The position numbers and the translations under genes were made by a program. The notes under the pieces are model-generated. The model was not told the DNA's origin, searched no databases, and saw only the letters and a list, made by a program, of their open reading frames with translations. From NCBI GenBank assembly GCA_050015635.1, contig JBEKBA010000004.1, positions 1 to 59,075 of the forward strand: a DNA stretch of 59,075 nt, read 5' to 3'. The stretch comes from Verrucomicrobiota bacterium. Lineage in GTDB: Bacteria > Verrucomicrobiota > Verrucomicrobiia > Limisphaerales > UBA11358. This document shows, piece after piece, positions 51,786 through 59,075 of this stretch. How positions within the stretch are numbered: the stretch's first letter is position 1; every line of letters starts with the position of its first letter.

Positions 51786-51829
51786 AATCGTGCTGACAAA
51801 TTTTCAGAACGAGTTAGGCTCAATTCAAC

Positions 51830-52108
51830 ATGAACACCTCTGAAATTATTCAACTCATTAAATCAGCGGGCTTCTATCCGATTCAGGTCGAATGGAATAG
51901 TAACCGTAATGAGAATTCAGACTTACGATTTGCAGGGTCTTTGGAAGATTTTTTTCCGGCAGCAAAGGCGTTGGGAGCTACAATAGTATTTTTCTTTGTT
52001 TGGAAATTAGAAGAAGATTTTCTTTACGATTCAGATTATGAAGAAGACGGTGATGAAAATTCTGATGAAGAAGAAACGGATTCTGATAAATCTGCTGGAA
52101 ATAAGTAG
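51830..52108 (+). CDS. AT-rich acidic hypothetical protein, possibly truncated
   Basis: 92-aa ORF with a D/E-rich tail ending 6 nt from the convergent mfd stop. Confidence 0.55.
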   Translation: MNTSEIIQLIKSAGFYPIQVEWNSNRNENSDLRFAGSLEDFFPAAKALGATIVFFFVWKLEEDFLYDSDYEEDGDENSDEEETDSDKSAGNK

Positions 52109-52114
52109 GCCCGC

Positions 52115-55100
52115 TCAAATTGCCAGCAACAGCCGTTTGATTTCCTTCAATCGCGCCTTGGCTTCTTTTTTTGTGACGCGCGGAAATTTTCCGCCGAGCG
52201 TGATGAAATCGTTGTGGCGCGTGAGTTTCAGTTTGTCTTCCTCGACTTCGATGGCAGTCACGGCCTTTTCGCTGGCGAGAATTTTCAGTTCGCCCACGGC
52301 CAACAGTAATTCCACCGCTGGAGGCAGCGGGCCGAAACGGTCGCGCAATTCCTTCTGCAAATTATCCAGCGCGGATTTTTCATTCGCCTGCGCAAGCTTG
52401 CGGTAGATTTCGATGCGATGATGCGGTTCGGTGACATAGCTTTCCGGCAAGTTGCAGGCGTCGCGGAGAAAATCCAGCGCAACGCGGACTTCAACACGCG
52501 GTTTTACTTTTTCACCTTTGAGCGTGCTGACACTTTGCTTGAGTAACTGGCAATAAAGTTCAAAACCAACGGCGGTGATATGTCCGCTTTGTTCCGCGCC
52601 GAGCAGGTTGCCCGCGCCACGGATTTCGAGGTCGCGCATGGCGATTTTGAATCCGCTGCCAAGCGTGGAGTATTGCCTCATGGCGCTGATACGTTTACGC
52701 ACATCGGTGAGCAGGCTCGCGTGGCGCGGCAACAGGAGATACGCGTAAGCCTGATGTTTATAACGTCCGACGCGCCCGCGAAGCTGATACAAATCGCTTA
52801 AACCAAAGCGGTCGGCGCGGTCAATGATGATTGTGTTCGCGGCCGGGATGTCGAGGCCGCTCTCGATGATCGTCGTCGAAAGCAAAACGTCCGCCTCACC
52901 ATTGACGAACCTGGTCATCACGTCTTCAAGTTCATCGGAATTCATTTGTCCATGGCCGACAACAATGCGCGCCGACGGAACAAGCGATTGCAATTTCGCG
53001 CGCATCGTTTCAATCGTCGTCACGCGATTGTGCAGGAAAAAAACCTGTCCGCCGCGACTCAACTCGCGCTGGATGGCTTCGCGGATGGTGCGTTCGTCAT
53101 ATTGCGTGGCAATTGTCTCGACGGGCAGGCGGTCTTGCGGCGGCGTTTGAATCGTGCTCATGTCACGCGCGCCGGTGAGCGCAAGGTAAAGCGTGCGCGG
53201 AATCGGCGTGGCGCTTAACGTCAGCACGTCCACAAGCGTACGCAGGCGCTTGAATTTCTCCTTGTGCAACACGCCGAAGCGCTGCTCCTCGTCAATCACG
53301 ACGAGGCCAAGTTCTTTGAACCCGATGTCTTCCTGCACGATGCGATGCGTGCCGATGACGATATCAACCGCGCCCGCTGCCAAATCTTTCACGACACGCG
53401 CCTGCTCGCGCTTGGTGCGAAAGCGTGAGAGCAGCTCCACGCGAATTGGATAATCGGCCATGCGTTCGCGGAAATTATTGAAATGTTGCTGCGCCAGAAC
53501 CGTCGTCGGCACGAGAATAGCAACTTGCTTTCCATCCATGACGGCTTTGAACGCGGCGCGGATGGCGACTTCCGTTTTTCCAAAACCAACGTCGCCACAA
53601 ATCAAGCGATCCATCGGCTTCGGTTTTTCCATGTCGGCTTTGGTTTCGGCAATCGCGCGCACTTGGTCGGTGGTTTCCTCGTAGATGAACGCGCTCTCAA
53701 ATTCGCGCTGCCAGGTCACGTCCGGCGGAAATGCATGGCCGGCTTGTGATTCGCGCACGGCCTGGATTCGCAAAAGTTCGGAGGCGACATCGCGGACGGC
53801 ACGTTCGGCGTGTTCCTTCGCCTTGTGCCAGCGAATGCCACCGAGCGTATTGAGCGGCGGACGCAGCTTGCCGACGCCGACGTATTTACTGACGAGATGC
53901 GCCTCGGTGACGGGAACATAAAGTTTCGGTGCAGGTTGCGTCGGATCGCCGGAAGCGTATTCAATGACAAGGCACTCCGTGCCAGTTGAGGGTTGAGAGT
54001 GGAGCGTCGATGGATGACGGCTGTTGCCAATCGGCATTAATTTCAAGCCAAGATAACGACCGATGCCGTGTTGCAGATGCACCACATAATCGCTTTCTTC
54101 CAAGTCGGTGAAATCAATGTCGAGCGCGGAACGCGTAGCTTGCGCGTGCAACGATTTTTGACGACGTGGCCGCTGAATTTTGTAACGGCCAAAAATTTCC
54201 GCATCGGTGACGACGACCAACTTTGCCTCATCACAAATGAAACCGCAGGCGAGTGCGCCAATTTGGATGGAAAGACGGCTTTCTTGAGTGAAGCCGTGTT
54301 CTTTCCAAATTTCCAAAAATCGCTGACCCTCGCCGCCGTTGTTGCAAAAAACGTGAACGGCATAATCCTGACGCAGCCAACGATGTAGTTGGTTGAAAAA
54401 TTCGCGCCGGCGCGACTCTGCGATTTGCGGTTCGGGCATCCGGTCAGCCAGCGGACGGTAAGCATCAAGGTTTATGAAAAGCGAAGTGTCGCCTTCATCC
54501 AATTCAAGTCGTGTTTTGCCGGTACTATCGAGCTTGGCGAGAAACTCCTGCCACGAGATTAAGAATGGATCATTGGCGGGAACTTGTAGTTCGTATTCAC
54601 GGGCGCGAAGAGCGAGTTGCTCGGGTTCGTAAAGTAGAAAAATGGTTTCGCGTGGCAGATAATCAAGGAGCGCGGCCATTTTTGGCGCGGAACTCGCGTC
54701 CACGCTCCTCTTCAAAAACCCAAGTTCGCCAGCGGGCGGGAGCGTGACGTTGATTGTTTCTTCGCGCGAAATTTGTGTGAGCGGATCAAAGTGACGGAGC
54801 GATTCGAGTTCGTCACCAAAAAATTCAAGGCGTACCGGCCAGGGATCTGTGAGCGGCCAAACATCGAGAATGCCGCCGCGCAAGGCGATTTCGCCTTTTT
54901 GGGAAACTTGAGCTTCCGGTTCGTAGCCTTGTTCTTCCAGCCATTCGATCAAGTCGAGCGGCGCGATTTTGTCGCCGCGTTGAAGCGTGCGCATGCGCTT
55001 TTGAATTTGGCCGGGCGCATAAGTTTTTTGAAGCAACGCAGTGACACTCGTCACCACAAGTTTTGAACTTTGAGTTTTGAACTTTGAATCGCCAGCAAGT

Positions 55101-55450
55101 GAAACGAGTGTTTGCAATCGGTCGCTGATGGTGTCGGCGTGGGGGAGTTTGCCTTCGTGCGGAAAAATCTCCCACGCTGGATAAAAGAGCGGTGATGAAC
55201 CGAGCCAGGTTTCGAGGTCCTGTTGAAAATTTTCCTGTGTCTTGAGGTCGGGCGTAACAACGATGATTGGCCGGCTTGGGAAAATTTGTTTTAGTAGCGC
55301 GGCGAAAAATGGCTGTGCGGACGCGCAAATACCGGCGCAAGACGATGCTCCGCCATTCTCCAGTCGCCGCGCAAGGGATTGCACGGCGGGAGTTCTGGCG
55401 ATGTCAGCGAACAATTTGCCTGCCGCTGACGACGATGCGTTTTGCGCCAA
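52115..55450 (-). CDS. mfd: Transcription-repair coupling factor
   Basis: UvrB-homology module, CarD-like VVHLQHGIG, GDVGFGKT, DEEQ, SATPIPRT and QLRGRVGR, TRCF tail. Confidence 0.97.
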   Translation of the reverse strand: MAQNASSSAAGKLFADIARTPAVQSLARRLENGGASSCAGICASAQPFFAALLKQIFPSRPIIVVTPDLKTQENFQQDLETWLGSSPLFYPAWEIFPHEGKLPHADTISDRLQTLVSLAGDSKFKTQSSKLVVTSVTALLQKTYAPGQIQKRMRTLQRGDKIAPLDLIEWLEEQGYEPEAQVSQKGEIALRGGILDVWPLTDPWPVRLEFFGDELESLRHFDPLTQISREETINVTLPPAGELGFLKRSVDASSAPKMAALLDYLPRETIFLLYEPEQLALRAREYELQVPANDPFLISWQEFLAKLDSTGKTRLELDEGDTSLFINLDAYRPLADRMPEPQIAESRRREFFNQLHRWLRQDYAVHVFCNNGGEGQRFLEIWKEHGFTQESRLSIQIGALACGFICDEAKLVVVTDAEIFGRYKIQRPRRQKSLHAQATRSALDIDFTDLEESDYVVHLQHGIGRYLGLKLMPIGNSRHPSTLHSQPSTGTECLVIEYASGDPTQPAPKLYVPVTEAHLVSKYVGVGKLRPPLNTLGGIRWHKAKEHAERAVRDVASELLRIQAVRESQAGHAFPPDVTWQREFESAFIYEETTDQVRAIAETKADMEKPKPMDRLICGDVGFGKTEVAIRAAFKAVMDGKQVAILVPTTVLAQQHFNNFRERMADYPIRVELLSRFRTKREQARVVKDLAAGAVDIVIGTHRIVQEDIGFKELGLVVIDEEQRFGVLHKEKFKRLRTLVDVLTLSATPIPRTLYLALTGARDMSTIQTPPQDRLPVETIATQYDERTIREAIQRELSRGGQVFFLHNRVTTIETMRAKLQSLVPSARIVVGHGQMNSDELEDVMTRFVNGEADVLLSTTIIESGLDIPAANTIIIDRADRFGLSDLYQLRGRVGRYKHQAYAYLLLPRHASLLTDVRKRISAMRQYSTLGSGFKIAMRDLEIRGAGNLLGAEQSGHITAVGFELYCQLLKQSVSTLKGEKVKPRVEVRVALDFLRDACNLPESYVTEPHHRIEIYRKLAQANEKSALDNLQKELRDRFGPLPPAVELLLAVGELKILASEKAVTAIEVEEDKLKLTRHNDFITLGGKFPRVTKKEAKARLKEIKRLLLAI

Positions 55451-55562
55451 GCGCTGTAAACTTTGCAGCGGTTTTATTTTCCGTCAAGCGGGCAAATCGG
55501 CAAAAAATGAAAGCGCCATTTTAGTTTGACCCTTTTTCACCGGCTCGCGCAATCTTGCCTGC

Positions 55563-56822
55563 ATGATTGCACCCAATCCATGGATGACTCTGCCTTTCGC
55601 GCTGTTGCTCGCCGCAATCGCCATCGGGCCGCTGCTCGCGGCGAATTGGTGGCTGCGGCATTACGCGAAAATTTCCTTCGGACTTGGTATCATTACGCTC
55701 GGCTATTATTTTTTTTGGTTGCAGGCACCGGGAAAAATCCTGCACGCCGCGCACGAATACGTCAGTTTTATCGCGCTCATCGGCTCGCTTTTTGTCGTTT
55801 CCGGCGGCATTCACATCAGCGTCAAAGGCAAAGCCACGCCGCGGGCGAACGTAATTTTTCTGCTGCTGGGCGCCATCACCGCAAATTTTTTAGGCACGAC
55901 CGGCGCGGCGATGCTTTTGATTCGCCCGTGGATTCGGATGAACCAATATCGAATCACCCCACATCACATCGCTTTCTTCATTTTCATCGTTGCCAATGTC
56001 GGTGGCTGCCTCACGCCCATCGGCGATCCGCCGCTATTTCTTGGTTATCTGCAGGGCGTGCCGTTTTGGTGGGTGGCAAAAAATTGCTGGCCGATGTGGG
56101 CAACCGGCGTTGGCATTCTGCTCGCGCTGTTTTACGTTGTGGACAAGATCAATTTTGTCCGCACGCCGCAGGCAATTCGTGAAAAAGCAACGGCGCATGA
56201 AGTCTGGAAGTTTGACGGACTGCCAAATTTATTTTTCCTGGCCGCCATTCTCGGCGCGGTTTTTGTGAAGGTAATTTTTGTACGCGAAACGTTGATGCTT
56301 GCCGCCGCACTCGGCTCGTATTTCACGACCAAAAAATCCGTCCACGCGGTGAACCATTTCAATTTTCACCCGGTTTCGGAAGTCGCCATTTTATTCGCCG
56401 GAATTTTCGCGACGATGATACCCGCGCTCGACTGGTTGAATCAGAACGCGCAAGAAATCCTCGGCGCGAATCCGTCGCCGGGAATTTTTTTCTGGGGCGC
56501 GGGCGGTTTGTCTAGTGTGCTTGATAATGCGCCGACATATCTCGGTTTCTTGAGCGCGCTTTTTGGAACGACCGGCGCAAAGGAAATTTCCGAACTGCTG
56601 GCTCACAATGCCCCGGTCGTTTCGGCCATCAGTGTCGGCGCGGTGTTTTTCGGTGCGGCGACGTACGTTGGCAACGGGCCGAATTTCATGGTCAAAGCCA
56701 TCGCCGACCAGCAGAAGATCCGCACGCCGACTTTTTTCAGTTTTATTTTGAAATTCACGCTGCCATTTCTGTTGCCGATGCTGACCGTCGTGTGGCTGGT
56801 TTTCTTTCGCGGCGGAAAATGA
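55563..56822 (+). CDS. Putative sodium:proton antiporter / ion transporter superfamily protein
   Basis: Multi-TM; GTTGAAM, ANVGGCLTPIGDPPL, LDNAPTY and TYVGNGPN. Confidence 0.85.
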   Translation: MIAPNPWMTLPFALLLAAIAIGPLLAANWWLRHYAKISFGLGIITLGYYFFWLQAPGKILHAAHEYVSFIALIGSLFVVSGGIHISVKGKATPRANVIFLLLGAITANFLGTTGAAMLLIRPWIRMNQYRITPHHIAFFIFIVANVGGCLTPIGDPPLFLGYLQGVPFWWVAKNCWPMWATGVGILLALFYVVDKINFVRTPQAIREKATAHEVWKFDGLPNLFFLAAILGAVFVKVIFVRETLMLAAALGSYFTTKKSVHAVNHFNFHPVSEVAILFAGIFATMIPALDWLNQNAQEILGANPSPGIFFWGAGGLSSVLDNAPTYLGFLSALFGTTGAKEISELLAHNAPVVSAISVGAVFFGAATYVGNGPNFMVKAIADQQKIRTPTFFSFILKFTLPFLLPMLTVVWLVFFRGGK

Positions 56823-56896
56823 ACCGACGGAAACATTTTCTTTGCGCGTGACGCCGTTTTTCGGAACAGTGAAGCCTGTTCAATTTTGAAATCAGA

Positions 56897-58225
56897 GTGC
56901 GCACACTTTACAACATCCTGTTCGCGATTTTTTTCTGGCTGTCTTCACCGTATTATTTTGTGCGAATGTGGCGGCGCGGCAACTGGCTGGCAGGTTTTCC
57001 GGAGCGTTTCGGACATTATGACCGTAAACTCAAGCAGGCACTCACCAACCGTCAGGTGCTCTGGCTGCACGCCGTCAGCGTCGGCGAAGTCAATCTTTGC
57101 ACGCAGTTCATCCGCGCGCTGGAACCGCGTTTGCCAAACCTCAAAATCGTCGTGTCCACGACCACGACGACCGGCATGGCCGAATTGCAACGCCGATTGC
57201 CAACGCATGTCAGCAAAATTTATTATCCGGTTGACCTGCGGAAATCCGTCGCCCGCGCGCTGGCCGTCATTCATCCCAAAGCCATTGTGCTTGTTGAAGC
57301 GGAAATCTGGCCGAATTTCATCTGGCGCGCGAATCAACTTGGCATTCCCCTGTTTCTGGTCAACGCGCGAATGTCTGCACGCTCATTTCCGCGCTACAAA
57401 AAATTTAGCTTTCTGTTCGGACCGCTGTTCGCGTCATTCACCGGCATCGGCGCGCAAAACGAAGAGGACGCGGCGCGTCTGCGCGAGATCGGTTGCCGCG
57501 CCGGTGCCATTCGCACCGTCGGCAATTTGAAATTTGACGCGGCGAAACTGGATGAACGGCATCCGTTTGATGTGGGCGCGATCCTGCGCCAACTTGACGT
57601 TCCGGCGGACGCACAAATTTTGGTCGCCGGCAGCACGCATGACGGCGAGGAAAAAATTCTAGCGGACGCAGCACGGCGGTTGCGCGCGCGGTTTCCGAAA
57701 CTCTTTCTCGTGCTTGTGCCGCGGCATTTTGAGCGGTGCAGGGAAGTCGGGCAGCAATTACGAGAACTCGGCGTGAAGTTTGTTTATCGCAATGAAATTT
57801 CCGCACGCACGCAATTGCGCGCGGGTGAAGTGGAATGTTTGTTGGTCAACACGACGGGCGAGTTGAAATTTTTCTACGAATGTGCGACAGTAGTATTCGT
57901 CGGCAAAAGTCTGACGGCCACCGGCGGGCAAAACCCGATTGAGCCGGGCGCGTTGGGTAAGCCGATGGTGTTCGGACCGAACATGCAAAATTTTGGGGAT
58001 GTCACACGGAACTTTCTTCGGCAAGGCGGCGCGCTTCAAGTGCGAGGCCCGGAAGAATTGGAGAAAGTACTCGGCGAATTGCTGGCGGACGAAAAACTGC
58101 GCGCGGAACTGGGCCGCAATGCGCTGAAAGTCGTCCGCGAAAACTTGGGCGCGGTCGAGCGCACAGTGGAAATGATTCTGGAAAATCTGAAAGGCAGCGG
58201 GATTTATTTTGCGCCGGAAAAATGA
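56897..58225 (+). CDS. waaA: 3-deoxy-D-manno-octulosonic acid transferase
   Basis: WLHAVSVGE, EAEIWPN, GNLKFD, AGSTH.GE, VPRHFER and GGQNPIEP. Confidence 0.95.
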   Translation: MRTLYNILFAIFFWLSSPYYFVRMWRRGNWLAGFPERFGHYDRKLKQALTNRQVLWLHAVSVGEVNLCTQFIRALEPRLPNLKIVVSTTTTTGMAELQRRLPTHVSKIYYPVDLRKSVARALAVIHPKAIVLVEAEIWPNFIWRANQLGIPLFLVNARMSARSFPRYKKFSFLFGPLFASFTGIGAQNEEDAARLREIGCRAGAIRTVGNLKFDAAKLDERHPFDVGAILRQLDVPADAQILVAGSTHDGEEKILADAARRLRARFPKLFLVLVPRHFERCREVGQQLRELGVKFVYRNEISARTQLRAGEVECLLVNTTGELKFFYECATVVFVGKSLTATGGQNPIEPGALGKPMVFGPNMQNFGDVTRNFLRQGGALQVRGPEELEKVLGELLADEKLRAELGRNALKVVRENLGAVERTVEMILENLKGSGIYFAPEK

Positions 58226-58247
58226 TTGTGCCATGATGTTTCGCCGC

Positions 58248-58276
58248 TTGACGAATTTACACGGGATTCACATATT
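58248..58276 (+). promoter_or_regulatory. Putative sigma70 promoter of rpoD
   Basis: TTGACG-N17-CATATT. Confidence 0.55.
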
Positions 58277-58315
58277 CCCGCCCGCTTTCGGTTGTGGCCG
58301 GAAGTTTTAAGTTGT

Positions 58316-59075
58316 ATGCCAAAATCGAAGGTTCGCAAAACCGACGCGAATGCGCGCCTGAAAAAAGGAAAGCGTGAATCTGCGGCTTCATTGGCAGCGC
58401 CTCTTCAATCCGTCCCTAAATCCGCCAATGGCGTTTTGCAAAACGGCTCGACCTCCGAACTCGCGGAAAAAATCAAGGAATTGGTCCGGCTTGCGCAGGA
58501 ACAGGGGCGTCTAACCTACAACGACATCAACGACGTATTGCCGGAAAATGAAGTCACGCCGGAGAAATTGGACGAGGTTTTTGCCAAACTGCGCAGCCTC
58601 GACATCGAAATCGTGGATCAGGCGGAGGTGGATCGTGTCAAAACTCCTGAAACCGAGGAAGACGACACGTCACGGCTCGACATTCTCGACGATCCGGTGC
58701 GGATGTATCTGAAGCAGATGGGGCAGGTGGCGTTGCTGACGCGCGAACAGGAAGTGGAGATTTCCAAACGCATTGAGGCCGCCGAAACTGAAATCCGCAA
58801 AATCATTTACAGCCTCGGTTTCGCCGGCAAGGAACACATCGCGTTGGCGGAAAAACTACTAGCCGATCCGCCGCGCGAGCGTTTTGACCGTGTCATCCTC
58901 GAAAAAAAGGTGGACAGCCGCGACGCACACCTGCGGGCGCTCCGCAAACTTGTCACGCAAGTCCGAGAAATTGATCAGCATGTGGATGACAAATACAACG
59001 CTTGGCGGAGTGCCCAATACCGGTCTAAAAATCAGGCACCGGCGGCGTTTAAACACGCCGATCACAAGCTGCAAG
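58316..59075 (+). CDS. rpoD: RNA polymerase primary sigma factor, 5' part (runs off window)
   Basis: Translated by hand: region 1.1 LAQEQGRLTYNDIND and region 1.2 LDDPVRMYLKQMGQVALLTREQEVEISKRIE; absent from the ORF track because there is no stop in the window. Confidence 0.93.
   Translation, partial: MPKSKVRKTDANARLKKGKRESAASLAAPLQSVPKSANGVLQNGSTSELAEKIKELVRLAQEQGRLTYNDINDVLPENEVTPEKLDEVFAKLRSLDIEIVDQAEVDRVKTPETEEDDTSRLDILDDPVRMYLKQMGQVALLTREQEVEISKRIEAAETEIRKIIYSLGFAGKEHIALAEKLLADPPRERFDRVILEKKVDSRDAHLRALRKLVTQVREIDQHVDDKYNAWRSAQYRSKNQAPAAFKHADHKLQ

Overview
About 59 kb of bacterial chromosome, most consistent with a subdivision-3 Verrucomicrobiota (Pedosphaera/Limisphaerales-like) genome. 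This is inferred from H-X9-DG prepilin-like proteins, a C-terminal '...FYRV' secreted protein and characteristic short intergenic repeats. The core backbone carries an EPS/exosortase locus, folP-cdaA-cdaR-glmM, mdh, a UbiD/MqnL decarboxylase, pgl, a GH27 enzyme, TPP-riboswitch thiC, argB-argD-alkA-argF, rluA, a SurA/PpiD-like gene, hemB, trpS, recF, an RluA-methyltransferase fusion, mfd, waaA and the 5' part of rpoD. The most notable accessory or unexplained structures are: (1) a cobalamin-riboswitch operon encoding a BtuH-like secreted protein, a pilin-like protein and a Cys-rich protein; (2) a ~5.9 kb island bounded by an ~88-bp direct repeat that duplicates a promoter, carrying an OgdA/SsaD-like TCA-bypass pair and a YhdJ-type restriction-modification system; (3) a duplicated ubiD 3' end bracketing a cargo gene; (4) a transposase-deleted IS1595-like cassette with an 8-bp target duplication, whose cargo includes an ART-like ORF nested entirely inside another ORF; (5) repeated leaderless promoter architecture, including a sigma54-type leaderless small ORF; (6) heptamer repeats inserted in-frame in conserved genes. 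Two frameshifts (nadE and a VOC gene) may be sequencing errors. All family assignments come from motif recognition, not database searches.
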